This document shows positions 1 through 12,034 of a DNA stretch of 64,000 nt, piece after piece. The number at the start of each line of letters is the position of its first letter. Within the stretch, counting starts at the first letter, position 1. The stretch spans positions 4,022-68,021 of the forward strand of contig JAUCBJ010001608.1 in assembly GCA_032718475.1 (NCBI GenBank). The letters run 5' to 3'. The notes under the pieces are model-generated. The model had not been told where the DNA came from. It did no database searches and saw nothing but the letters and a program-made list of their open reading frames with translations. The DNA is from Nemertoderma westbladi (lineage: Eukaryota > Animalia > Xenacoelomorpha). Made by a program: the position numbers and the translations under genes.

Positions 1-589
1 TTCAGTCCTTGTATCACGGTGATGGACTAAAGGAAATTATTGGTGGTTGATTATCTAATCGACGACAAGAGGGATGGAAGTTGATATTGTAAATACCAAC
101 AGAATGGTACATGGACAGGAGGTGCGGACACCAATATAAGCATCCAGATTAATAGTGAGGGATGGGAGGTTTAGTAAGAGGCGGTATGATCAATACCACG
201 ATACGGCAATGATTGGTCGATCGTTTCCCAAAGCTCCGAGCACGTTGGGAAGGGAAGGTGGGACGAAGTGTGTTGTATCTTTAATAGCGATGTATAGAGG
301 GATAATAGTAGTAAGGAGGAGGAAGGATATATGGTAGTATCTATAAGATACCACGATGGGCATGTTTTCCGTTACGTCATCATTCATTCTTGCTCTTTGA
401 TTGCGACACTGATCACAATAATTACAGGAAGACGATGAAGTAAGAGAAAATTACAGCCTCCCGAAGGAGACCGCCCGCGAGCACCCGTGCCCCGGGGAAA
501 ACTATTCACATTATGGACCCTGGACATTAACGTATGTCTTTTCTACAGTGGTTCTCCTCTACTTGTCTTTACAAGCCTTCTTCCACATT

Positions 590-967
590 CTATCTTTCGA
601 GTCGGTTTCGAATAGGATTCTCTTGTTCTATTCTCGGTTTATCGTTCCGACTCTGCTGGGTATGATATTTAAATAAAACCATTTCCCTTTCGGTGTCTAC
701 ATCGTCCGTGTCATGTAAATCGATAGGATGGCCAGTAGTTAAGAAGTCCATGTACGTACCATTATGATGCGTATAGCGAGCGGTGAATTTTCTATAGTCC
801 AATTCACACGTAAGTTGCTCCTGGGACATTGGTGGTTCGATATAACGACCATCGTCCTCCGTAGTAGTTGGACTAGCGTCGCCGCGTATCAAGCTATCAA
901 CAAACGCTTGTAAAGGTAGAGTATATCGCTCCCTGATACCAAGATCATCTTCTATCAACTCAGTCAT
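590..967 (-). CDS. Accessory 125-aa ORF of the large BEL/Pao family (unknown function)
   Basis: Near-identical protein to 42973..43371 in copy B (MTE.IEDDLGIRERYTLPLQAFVDSLIRGD...). Frame is open in both copies. Confidence 0.65.
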   Translation of the reverse strand: MTELIEDDLGIRERYTLPLQAFVDSLIRGDASPTTTEDDGRYIEPPMSQEQLTCELDYRKFTARYTHHNGTYMDFLTTGHPIDLHDTDDVDTEREMVLFKYHTQQSRNDKPRIEQENPIRNRLER

Positions 968-1510
968 AGCTGCTATATGAGTTTATCAATATTATAATGA
1001 GTTTATATTTAGGCTAGCGGGCGTTGCTGCCTACCCCTCACGGCCCCTGGACAGCGCAAGATCCTCAGCGCCGATGTGCCGTGTTTTTCGCCAACGTAGT
1101 AGCTACACAACGACAACGATAACCAGCGCGAGTCACTCCACCGTCCGTGAATTTTCTATAGTCCAATTCACGCGTAAGTTGCTCCTGGGACATTGGCGGT
1201 TCGATATAACGACCATCGTCCTCCGTAGTAGTTGGACTAGCGTCGCCGCGTATCAAGCTATCAACAAACGCTTGTAAAGGTAGAGTATATCGCTCCCTGA
1301 TACCAAGATCATCTTCTATCAACTCAGTCATAGCTGCTATATGAGTTTATCAATATTATACTGAGTTTATATTTAGGCTAGCGGGTGTCGCTGCCTACCC
1401 CTCACGGCCCCCGGACAGCGCAAGATCCTCAGCGCCGATGCGCCGTGTTTTTCGCCAACGTAATAGCTACACAACGACAACGATAACCAGCGCGAGTCAC
1501 TCCACCGTCC
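783..1510. repeat. 364-bp tandem duplication (783-1146 / 1147-1510) duplicating the 5' half and upstream region of the accessory ORF
   Basis: gtgaattttctatagtcc at 783 and 1147; ccgtccgt at 1141 and 1505. This explains the second MTELIEDD ORF at 1065..1331. Confidence 0.92.
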
Positions 1511-4500
1511 GTCCCAAAGGCTTAGATTTACTTCAGGTTCTTACTGCAGAGGTAGGGCTACTTTCACAATTGCGACTCGCTACTGTAAACACACTTTAGT
1601 AGTAACATTCACCTATAAACGCACAAATTCCACATAACTGTCACAAATTGTACACATTCGGGCCATTTGTCCGTTAGTCAAGTGCCTTCCAGAATGCCAC
1701 GTTATTATTATGTATCCTTGGATACTAGCAGTGTGCTATTTATTCCTTATGCTATTCAATGGGACAAGCTTTCTATTGTTCTTTTAACTCGCTTCTAATT
1801 CTAGCGTGGTTGTTGCTATGGTGACATTATGGAAAGCTAGCAGTAGAATTAGGGTAATTCCCATGCATACAGATCTGGGATACTATTTAATAGTAATTCT
1901 TTAATTGTCAATATCCCCTTTATACATGATTTTATGAATTTTATCGGCTATTGACTATACATTGGAGATTCTCGCACACTAATACTTAATAGGGTGAATC
2001 TCCGCTCCCATGATTTATTAATTAATGGAATTTTGGGAATATTATAAATTGTATAAAATAAAAATTTATCAAATTCATTAAAAGAGATGAATTTAAATTT
2101 ATTCCCGTCAATTTTATTATTTATCCTTAAAACAGACATAATTTTATTCCAGAGCATGTCTGGGGACTAGGGTCCTTAATTCTAGGAAATTTATCCTTTT
2201 AAGAGTATCGGTAAGTGCTACGATATCTTAGTAGACTAGAATTTTAAAGGATCTAAAATTTTACAGATTTTAATTTATAGATTTTCTAGAGTTAACTTGT
2301 AAGTAGTTACTCTATTGTATCTATTTGACAGATTTTACAAATATTAATAGTTAATATCTAAGATGGGCACCAGTTTATTTCAGAACATGTCTGGGGACGT
2401 TAACCATTGATTCTAGAATTTTGTCTTTCAAGTATATCGGTGGGTGCCGCGATATCTTAATCGACTAGAATTACAGATGGTCAAAGGGTTTAACAGATTG
2501 ATTTTGCGTTTTACACTACTGTTAAAGGGACATCACGCTACTATATGTATTATTTAATATACAGTATGAGAGCAATATTGCAAGAAACAATGTCAGTGAG
2601 AAGAGGCAAGTCGTTTCCAAGGTCTACCCAGAGCTTGGTTTAGCCGAGACACGAGGATCTGAATTTTGCATTCCTAATACTCTACTTACCAATAATACTT
2701 GAATATAGTAGGAGCTTTATTGTACTTTAATAAGTACGGACATTTCATCTTACTGTAGTCACGTATTTATAATATGATACGGACAGTAAGGAAAGAGAAA
2801 AAGAGTTATTTCTTGCCATCGCACTAAATATATATTATATAAGTAATTAAGTAATAAGACTAATATATATTGCACTAATCTACTAGATAATCGCTAAAAT
2901 AACATTCTACTAAATAAAATTAAAGAAAACGATTATAATAAAAGTACATAATAGTACATACAGAAATATAAAATAATAAAAATATATAAAATAATATAGT
3001 CACACACCCACTCCAGACGCTGTCACGTTGGGGAGTCCCTGGATGTTGGTTGGATTAGGGAGGTGGTCGTGGGAAGAGTGTCTTGCCTTCCATAGTTTCC
3101 GGAGAGTTCTCTGTCTCTTTCCAGTAAACATAAACGACCAACTGGGCGATTGAGCTGCTGCGTCTCGAAGACAATTCCCGGTTTCTTAAAGTTACGTCGC
3201 ATGACGACGAGTTCTACCGATCGCACCAAACCATCATCTGAGATATGAGTCTCGATGATACGACCTGTCTGCCACCGCTTACGTGGAAGATCTGACTCCA
3301 CAATAAGGACCATGTCTCCTGCGCTGACGTTTTCTTGCTGCGCAAACCACTTAGTTCGAAGTTGTAGTGTAGGCAGATAATGTTTTTCGAAATGGTCAGC
3401 GAAACGACGGGATAACAACTGCATAAGTTGCCAAGTTTGCCGGCAGTATTCGAACTTGGGTTGTCCAGCAAAGATGTCTTCGGCTAGTTCTTTTTCGATG
3501 AATGTTCCTGTGATGCCGTAGTCAAGGAGGGCGTTCACTATATAGCTCTTTTCTGACCCGTGGACTCTCAACTGCACTATGGGAAATTCTCGGATTCCTA
3601 CGTTGGAAGTTGGTGCTTTCCAAGATGGTTGTCAGTCAGGAGTAGTTAGGGGGAGCTCACTATCAGTTTCCTTCTCATACGTAAGTGCTCGATACACTGC
3701 GGTATTTATTAGGTAACAGGATTCGTTTTTGTCTTCCATCTCAGAACGTTGGTCAGTGTCGTTCACATCACTGAATTGGACATGTAGTTCGAACTCACTT
3801 ACCTGACTCGGGCGGTTTCTTTCGAATTCAGTGTGCAACAAGATATGATGTTTCGCGCCGCACTTAGCACACCTTGCGTCGGAATAACAGGTTCACCATT
3901 GGTGTCCTTGTCTGAGGCAATTATAACACAACCGCTTATTCCACATGACTTCCCGTCTATCTATGAGGGATTTCTTTAGGAATTCATCACACACACTTAA
4001 ACGGTGGGGCCCATCGCACAGCACACATTTTGGTTTGATGTTACTTACTTTATCTTGGGTAACGTTGTGCACACTTGTTCTTTCCTCGGACTTTCTTCCA
4101 TGAATTCTCTTAGGAGATGTAGGAGGAGTTTTTCTTACCTGTTCTCTCCTGTCATTGGTTCGAGACTTAAATTTACTTACGTCTTTAGGCACTTTGTTGA
4201 CATAGTAAGCTCTTTCAGTGTCTTTCCCGCTGTCCTCCTCTTGAGAAGCCTGGCTTTCGCCGTCGTCTGTATAACACACTGGTGTTACCTTTCTCCTAGA
4301 AATGGGTTTCTCACTTACCTTATTTTCCGGTGTCTTCTCTCTGGACTGCTTTAGGAGCTGTAATTTTACCTCTCCATCTAAGAATGACATGAGATCAGCC
4401 ATGGTAGGGTCTCTTCGTTGTTGTTCCATCATATATAACACTTTCTTGTCCCAGCGTGTACCTACTCCACCCTTTGGTAAAGTAGATGCTACGGCTCCAA

Positions 4501-5089
4501 TAACCATAGAACTCTGATATTCATGAGACTTACCTAGCCAATCTAATTGTCTACAGATCTCCTGAATCTCATCGGAAAACTCTATAATCCCGCTGCTAAT
4601 GAACTTTCGGGGCGCTACCAATTTTGCATACAAATACCTAGCTATGTTATTCCTATTACCATACCTGATGTTTAAGGTATTCCAAACTTGTCTTAATCCA
4701 TTTGGATGTCCAATAAACTTTAACGCCATTAACTTGGGAGATCCTTCGAAGCACTCAATGAGGAATCTAAGTTTCTCTCCATTAGATAGCACAGAGTTCT
4801 GTATGTTATCTTTGTAATATTCATTAAAAGGTAACCATTTCATCTCATCTCCATTGAACTTGACGATCTCTCCCACCTTTACCGCTTGACGGGCTTCGGT
4901 TCTAGCCATTTGACGTGTAAAACTTTCTTGGGCCATCGTATTATTTAATATCGAGTTATCGGTATATAAATTTCTCGGATTATTATCAGGTCTATATGGA
5001 ATATCATTGTCAACAGGTTTATAATTACCTTTAATAGGGTTTACTATAGGAGTTTCTACTTCACTAGCAGTATAGATGTGTGTAGGCTC

Positions 5090-5462
5090 TGTTGGAGATT
5101 TATATTAGCTTTTATTAACATTCTTCCCATAGTTTTTCTAAACATTATATTATCATGATTATTAGTTGGCAATTTACCATTATACATAGGCTTACTTTGA
5201 AGTATTATATTTGTCACATTGTTACATTAATTAACAGCTGATTTATCTATTGAGGTTTACTCTTTACCATTTACTCTTTTGATATTCATAGTTATTGTTG
5301 TTGTTTTTTGTTGTCGTAAAACTTTCAATAATATTGCCAATATGTATACTTATACTGTAGGAATAGCTCTGTTTATATATTAAATATACTATAAGATTAT
5401 TGTTTATTATATTCGACATCTTATACTAAAAACTCTTTATCAATCCTTCGGGAACCCCGACA
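5090..5462 (+). repeat. 5' LTR of element C
   Basis: Direct repeat of 11662-12034; only one difference noticed (cccgaca vs cccaaca). Confidence 0.96.
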
Positions 5463-5872
5463 AGTGGAGCCTTCAGAGAGAAACAGACTATCCTACGGTA
5501 TTTCATTCAACGAGACAACAATGTTTCGATGTTGATTTCTTCAAGTTGTGAACATTTACACAATAACTCGCTTTGATCAATTCACTCAAGAAGCAGCATC
5601 TGTATTGTTATCGCCTTCAGTTGAACTCAAATTACCTCGGACATTGCGGTAAGATCGAACCAAAGTAACTATTATTGTAACAAGATTTAACTGATCATTT
5701 TCTTGTATCTTATATAAATACTGTATTTATTTGATATCGTGTTTAATATTTTGACAGTATTGATTAATTGCACAATTTATAGTTACAATATTTGTATAGG
5801 GATTTAAATTCGTAGCCTAAAGTCAAATTTTCTCAAAATCAAATTATTGGATCAACAAAATATAAATACTGT

Positions 5873-8800
5873 ATGGAGCAATTAAAGTCACAACGTGCAG
5901 GGAAACGGGGATATTTAACTAGATTAATTTCACAAACTAATACACTATTGTTAGTGACTGAGAAGGATCCTATAGAACTAGAGGTGTTGCGTGATAACAT
6001 TTTTGATGTTTTAAATTGGTTAAAGGAAAAGGATGAGGATTATCAAAGTTATATTTCACCAGATACTATTGAAAAGGATGTTATAGAATGTGAAAGCCGT
6101 CAATATGAGGGAAGTCACGCAATAAAAAAGATAGAAAAATTTCTTGAGTCCATTAAATCTACAACGGCAGAAAATATATCATCACAATCTCTTGATAGTA
6201 GTCATTATAACCCATTAGATTCATCACAATTCCGGGCACACACAACACTATCAACCGGCACATTACCAAAATTCTCAGGTGATCTATTGCAATGGATAGA
6301 ATTTCGTGATACATTTCAGAGTTCCGTTCACAATAATCCCAAAATTTCCAGCATTGATAAATTTGTAATTTTGTTAGGACAACTTCATGGCGCAGCCAAA
6401 GAGTCTATTGCTGGGATTCCTTTGAACGCAGCAAATTATTCGCACGTATGGGACATTTTAGAATCACGTTTTGGTAATGCAGAAGCAATTTCTTACAAAC
6501 TCATGGAAATATTTTTAACTTATCAGCCAGTCTCCAAAATGAACATGAAAGAAGTACAATTACTGCATGACAAATATAAGTCCACCATTAGACAATTGGA
6601 ATCACTTAATGTGAACCCAACTAGCTATGAAGTCTTGCTCAAACCTGTTGTAATGAGTAAACTTCCAATAGAATTCAGGTTGATAATGCGAAAGAAACCA
6701 AACTTCAATACAATCGGCATTGAGCGGCTTCTAGAGTACATGCAGACAGAATTACAAACTAGGACACTGTGTGAGTTAGAATTGAAGACTCATGCTCAAC
6801 ACAAACTGGCACCCAATACTACTTACGATAATTTGAAGCAACGGAAATCCACATCTGTTTCTTCTATGGTTCCAACAACTGCTGCACTTGTTGCTATAAA
6901 GCCCAAAATAAGTTGCATATTTTGCAATGGCAATCATTATTCTTCATCATGCAATTCAATAAGAGATGTCAAATCTAGGCGAGAAAAACTCACTAGTGAA
7001 AAATGTTGTTTCATTTGTTTATCCAAAAACCATTTCAAACCAAATTGTCCCAAGGCAGATAAACAGTGTTTCAGTTGCAAACGCAAAGGGCATCATTCAA
7101 GCATTTGTTACACGGCAAACAATGGCAAGTCAGTCAGTAATGCTGCCATTGTCCATAGCAATTCGAGTTCGACAACTGGAATGTCGGACACAGCAATGCA
7201 GTTGAATCACAATTCGGCATCATTAAGTGCTCAACCACAATCACAAGTCTCACAAATAAATTCAAGGGCAATTGCCTACCCTAGTCAAGGTGTTGTCAAT
7301 ATGGTAGTTTGTGAGACAACACAAACGTCGATAACTCGACAATCACATATGTTCAATGAACAAGAGCACGCCACTCAAACAACTGTTTCAATTTTATTGG
7401 AAACAGCAACACTTAAATGTTACAATCCCAAGAATATAAGGGAGCTTCATGTTCGTGTTCTATTTGATAAAGGGTCACATCGAAGTTATATTACAGATAA
7501 AGTCTGCAACGAACTTGATCTTGAAGTAGTTGGAAAGGGTTTCATTCACGTTAGTTCATTTTTGTCAAGGATGCCGAAAAGAATTGAATGCAATTTAGTT
7601 AAGTTCAATTTAATAAAAGGGACAGCAAATATTGTGGTAGAGGCCACAGCTGTTCCATTTATTTGCCTTCCATTTGGTCCGCAGGAGTGCCAAACACAAC
7701 AATACAGTCATCTTCGCAACCTAAACCTTGCAGATGACTTTCGCAGTTCGCATAAAGAGATTGGTGTTCTTATTGGGGCAGATTTGTACAACAATCTTGT
7801 TGATGCTGGAAATGTCCGCAAGGGGCATCTAAGTGATCAGCCTGTTGCTACAAAATCTGTCTTTGGTTGGTTGTTAACAGGACCAATAGAAGAATCCGAA
7901 AATATGTCGACAGAAAATACAGCCTTAGTTGCTAGCAATGATACCTGTGATTGTACAAGAGAATTAACAAAGATTCTCAAGACATTTTGGGAATTGGAAT
8001 CAGCTGGAGTTTCAACTCCTGATCATGTTCATAACAATTTTTGTAAGGAAATCATGTTTGAAAATAGGCGATACTCAGTAAACTTGCCATGGAAAGACAA
8101 TGTAGCGCCACTTCAAAATCATTACTCACTTTCACTTGGACGCCTCCAATCATTGGTTAAACGTTTCTTACGCAACCCCACACTTTATCATCGTTACAGT
8201 GAAGTTCTGAGTGACTACTGTAAACGCGGTTTTATTGAAGAAGTTAATGACCCAAGTGAATCATGTGGCATCACTCATTATATCCCTCATCACTGCGTTA
8301 TAAGGGAAGATCACAACACAACAAAGCTGCGAATAGTATTTGATGGTAGTGCCAGAGACTCAAAACAAGATTTATCACTCAATGACACATTGTATACTGG
8401 CCCTTCTCTGGTATCAAATATTGTTTCGATTATGATTCGCTTTCGCTTGTATCAGTATGTGCTGTTGGCAGATATTGAAAAAGCTTTTCTTATGGTTTCA
8501 GTAAACTCTGAACATCGTGATGCTTTAAGGTTTTTATGGATGCAGAATCCTTTAGATCAAGCCAATGATACTGTCAAGGTTTATCGGTGGTGCAGAGTTC
8601 CATTTGGATTAAACCCATCCCCTTTCTTATTACATGGTACTGTTAGTCATCATTTATCTGAGGAAAACAAATCACCACATGTCAATGATGCTACTAGTAC
8701 TGCAATCAATGTACTAGGCAATGATTTGTATGTCGACAACTTGCAAACAGGGGCAGACACAGTCAACGAAATATTATCATTGCATTATTATACAAAGACT

Positions 8801-11461
8801 ATGCTCTTGAGAGGTGGATTTAATCTTAGGTCCTGGGAATCAAATTCTCTCCCAGCAAAACACATTATACATGAGTGTGAACAATCGATTGATAGCGTCC
8901 ACAAGCCACCTCAAGTCACAACAAATTCACTTTCCTCCCATTCGTTTACACTCAATCAAATGAACACTGACACTCGCTACATAAAGGTATTAGGCATTGA
9001 GTGGTCACCAATGCAAGATGATTTCAAATACTTATTTAGAAATATCCTTCAGTTAATTGACACACTCCCACCTACTAAACGTAGTATACTCAAGATAACT
9101 GGCCGCATCTTTGATCCAATGGGTTTTTTTAGTCCCATTGTCACCCAGTTAAAGGTATTATTTCAAGAACTTATTGGATTCAACTGGGACAGTGTATTGT
9201 CACCAGATTTAAACAAAAGGTGGAAATCTTTCATTTATAACCTTGCATCATTAAATGATATTACCATTCCAAGGATTTACTTTCCAGATTCAAATGCATT
9301 TGTTTCTCATTTAGTAGAGTATGGAGAGTTACATGCATTCGGGGATGCATCTAAAAAGGCATATGCAGCATGTATTTACTTGTGTCTGCGGAAACCAAAT
9401 CAAACCCCCCAATCTACACTAGTGGTTGCAAAGTCTCGTGTCGCACCTTTGAAGGAACAATCTTCATCGAAGTCTTCATCTAAGCCCCCATCAATGCCCC
9501 GTCTAGAACTATTGGCTGCAGTTTTGGCAGCTCGCTTGCTAAACACAGTTCTTGATTCTTTGCTACCACTCAAACTCACGCCTAAGTTTTTTTGTTGGTC
9601 TGACTCTCAAAATGTAATTTGTTGGATTCGCAATACAACCAAGGAGTTCAAACCATTTATCGAAAATAAGGTCCACGAAATCCGATCCTTAACTCAACCA
9701 AATATTTGGAATCATGTTCCTGGAACTAGTAATCCAGCAGATGTGGCAACTCGTCCAATTTCACACGAAAAATTTCGTGATTGTAGTATGTGGTGGTATG
9801 GCCCATCATGGATACTAAACCCAGCTTCTGAATGGCCTTCCACTAATAAGATAGAAATACAAGAACAACATCTACTTCAAACAACACTAGTAATTGCAAC
9901 AAACGACATTATAGAACCAACAAAACCATCAATTAATTCAGTGATAAATTCAGAGAAGTTCAACTCTTACATGAAACTACTTCGCTGTACATGCTATGTA
10001 ATTCGATTCATTAATAATTTGAAGTCAAAGATTAAAGGTAATACTAAAGAAACATATGGCCCAATAACCACATCTGAAATTCGATCTTCCGAGAAACTTT
10101 GGATTCGAGAAACGCAATCTATCGAATTTAAGACTGAACTAATCTACATGAAATCAAAAGAAGGGAAATGTCCATCTCTTCTAAATAGTCTAAAGTTATT
10201 CTTGGATAAAGATGATATTCTGCGGTATGAAACTCGTCTTCAAAATGCTCAATTGAAATATGATCAGATATTTCCTATTATTTTGCCCAAAAATTCACAC
10301 CTTAGCTCATTAATCATCAGTGATGCCCACAATCAAGTTATTCATAGTGGTGTTCAAGATACTCTAATACAACTACGGACACGTTTCTGGATACCACAGG
10401 GTAGACAACGTGTTAAGTCAATTTTGCATCGCTGCGTACCTTGTAGAAGGATACAAGGATACCCTTACAGACTACCTCAAGCTCCACCCCTTCCTCCATT
10501 TCGTGTTGATCAGTCCTATCCATTCGCCAATGTTGGAATTGACATGGCTGGTCCACTTTATGTAAAGTCAGAAGTGTCTACTGACAGTACGTTGAAGGTT
10601 TACATTTGCCTTTATACATGCCCCAGCACAAGAGCAATTCATCTGGATTTACTTAACGATCTCACAAGTGAAACATTCATAAATTCGTTGAGGCAATTCA
10701 TAGCTCGAAGAGGAGTCCCAATTCGCATCTTGTCTGACAATGGTGCCACGTTTAAAAGAGCATCGCGAGAATTAAAGAAACTCTATAAACAAATCGTGAA
10801 ATCACCTGAAGTCATAACATATTGTTGCCAAAATAGAATAACTTGGCAATTTAATGTGGCTTTAGCCCCATGGTGGGGAGGCCTGTGGGAAAGGCTTGTT
10901 CAGTCAACCAAGAAATGTCTCCGCAAAGTCATTGGACGTGCCATATTGTCATCTGATGCTCTGAGAACAATCCTCGTAGAAGTCGAAGGAGTTCTCAATT
11001 CAAGACCACTTACCTATGTCGACACTGAAGATAACGTTGACATATTAACTCCAAATCATCTTCTTTGTGGCCGTCGCCTAGGTTCATTACCTGATGAGAC
11101 TGAAGTATCTGAACAATTGAGAGCAACTCAAAACAGTCTTAGACAATCTTACAAACTACGGAAGAGTTTGATAGCTCAATTTTGGAAATCTTGGTTAGAT
11201 GACTATCTTTGTTTCATGAAAAGTCAACATTGGACTAACACTAAAGACAACAAATCCAATATCAAGATTGGAGATATTGTGATTATACATCAAGCTCATA
11301 AACCTCGTGCTTTCTGGAAGTTTGGTCGGATAGCAAAACTTATCCATGGCCGAGATGAGCGTGTCCGTGCAGCTGATGTCACAGTAGGACTAAAAAAGGT
11401 CGGAAACCATATTATACAGCGACCAATAAGTTTACTATATCCACTTGAAGTTCAATCATAA
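5873..11461 (+). CDS. BEL/Pao gag-pol polyprotein, 1862 aa, uninterrupted
   Basis: Gag (LPKFSGD...W.EF), three CCHC knuckles, aspartic protease LFDKGS, RT (ADIEKAF, VPFGLNPSPF, YVDN), RNase H FGDAS...PRLEL...WSDS, integrase H2C2 + GIDMAGP...SDNG...WWGGLWERL, C-terminal GDIVII...W..GRI...RP. Confidence 0.97.
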   Translation: MEQLKSQRAGKRGYLTRLISQTNTLLLVTEKDPIELEVLRDNIFDVLNWLKEKDEDYQSYISPDTIEKDVIECESRQYEGSHAIKKIEKFLESIKSTTAENISSQSLDSSHYNPLDSSQFRAHTTLSTGTLPKFSGDLLQWIEFRDTFQSSVHNNPKISSIDKFVILLGQLHGAAKESIAGIPLNAANYSHVWDILESRFGNAEAISYKLMEIFLTYQPVSKMNMKEVQLLHDKYKSTIRQLESLNVNPTSYEVLLKPVVMSKLPIEFRLIMRKKPNFNTIGIERLLEYMQTELQTRTLCELELKTHAQHKLAPNTTYDNLKQRKSTSVSSMVPTTAALVAIKPKISCIFCNGNHYSSSCNSIRDVKSRREKLTSEKCCFICLSKNHFKPNCPKADKQCFSCKRKGHHSSICYTANNGKSVSNAAIVHSNSSSTTGMSDTAMQLNHNSASLSAQPQSQVSQINSRAIAYPSQGVVNMVVCETTQTSITRQSHMFNEQEHATQTTVSILLETATLKCYNPKNIRELHVRVLFDKGSHRSYITDKVCNELDLEVVGKGFIHVSSFLSRMPKRIECNLVKFNLIKGTANIVVEATAVPFICLPFGPQECQTQQYSHLRNLNLADDFRSSHKEIGVLIGADLYNNLVDAGNVRKGHLSDQPVATKSVFGWLLTGPIEESENMSTENTALVASNDTCDCTRELTKILKTFWELESAGVSTPDHVHNNFCKEIMFENRRYSVNLPWKDNVAPLQNHYSLSLGRLQSLVKRFLRNPTLYHRYSEVLSDYCKRGFIEEVNDPSESCGITHYIPHHCVIREDHNTTKLRIVFDGSARDSKQDLSLNDTLYTGPSLVSNIVSIMIRFRLYQYVLLADIEKAFLMVSVNSEHRDALRFLWMQNPLDQANDTVKVYRWCRVPFGLNPSPFLLHGTVSHHLSEENKSPHVNDATSTAINVLGNDLYVDNLQTGADTVNEILSLHYYTKTMLLRGGFNLRSWESNSLPAKHIIHECEQSIDSVHKPPQVTTNSLSSHSFTLNQMNTDTRYIKVLGIEWSPMQDDFKYLFRNILQLIDTLPPTKRSILKITGRIFDPMGFFSPIVTQLKVLFQELIGFNWDSVLSPDLNKRWKSFIYNLASLNDITIPRIYFPDSNAFVSHLVEYGELHAFGDASKKAYAACIYLCLRKPNQTPQSTLVVAKSRVAPLKEQSSSKSSSKPPSMPRLELLAAVLAARLLNTVLDSLLPLKLTPKFFCWSDSQNVICWIRNTTKEFKPFIENKVHEIRSLTQPNIWNHVPGTSNPADVATRPISHEKFRDCSMWWYGPSWILNPASEWPSTNKIEIQEQHLLQTTLVIATNDIIEPTKPSINSVINSEKFNSYMKLLRCTCYVIRFINNLKSKIKGNTKETYGPITTSEIRSSEKLWIRETQSIEFKTELIYMKSKEGKCPSLLNSLKLFLDKDDILRYETRLQNAQLKYDQIFPIILPKNSHLSSLIISDAHNQVIHSGVQDTLIQLRTRFWIPQGRQRVKSILHRCVPCRRIQGYPYRLPQAPPLPPFRVDQSYPFANVGIDMAGPLYVKSEVSTDSTLKVYICLYTCPSTRAIHLDLLNDLTSETFINSLRQFIARRGVPIRILSDNGATFKRASRELKKLYKQIVKSPEVITYCCQNRITWQFNVALAPWWGGLWERLVQSTKKCLRKVIGRAILSSDALRTILVEVEGVLNSRPLTYVDTEDNVDILTPNHLLCGRRLGSLPDETEVSEQLRATQNSLRQSYKLRKSLIAQFWKSWLDDYLCFMKSQHWTNTKDNKSNIKIGDIVIIHQAHKPRAFWKFGRIAKLIHGRDERVRAADVTVGLKKVGNHIIQRPISLLYPLEVQS

Positions 11462-11661
11462 AAAACAGGTGGATTAGTACTAAAAATGTTGAACTCAGAA
11501 CCAAATGCACTACCTACTTAGACATGTTTGTTATTAATATTGATTGATATATTTAATAGTTTATACAGCATAATTATAAAATACCATTACATAGTGGAAT
11601 ATAATTATTTTAGCTTATTATCAAACTCATGTATGAATATTACATATTCATGGTGGGGAGA

Positions 11662-12034
11662 TGTTGGAGATTTATATTAGCTTTTATTAACATTCTTCCC
11701 ATAGTTTTTCTAAACATTATATTATCATGATTATTAGTTGGCAATTTACCATTATACATAGGCTTACTTTGAAGTATTATATTTGTCACATTGTTACATT
11801 AATTAACAGCTGATTTATCTATTGAGGTTTACTCTTTACCATTTACTCTTTTGATATTCATAGTTATTGTTGTTGTTTTTTGTTGTCGTAAAACTTTCAA
11901 TAATATTGCCAATATGTATACTTATACTGTAGGAATAGCTCTGTTTATATATTAAATATACTATAAGATTATTGTTTATTATATTCGACATCTTATACTA
12001 AAAACTCTTTATCAATCCTTCGGGAACCCCAACA
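11662..12034 (+). repeat. 3' LTR of element C
   Basis: Direct repeat of 5090-5462, preceded by the PPT and followed by TSD GGCTC. Confidence 0.96.

Larger units (their letters stand above)
5090..12034 (+). mobile_element. Intact BEL/Pao LTR retrotransposon (element C), nested in gag of copy A
   Basis: 373-bp LTRs TG...CA, 5-bp TSD GGCTC (5085-5089 / 12035-12039), PPT tggtggggaga at 11651-11661. The empty site ggtgtggagcctacac is seen in copy B near 35631. Confidence 0.97.

Noticed and set aside
8725-8742. YVDN in place of YVDD as an inactivating RT mutation in element C
   Set aside because: YVDN is a recurrent natural variant in BEL/Pao RTs and the rest of the element is intact.
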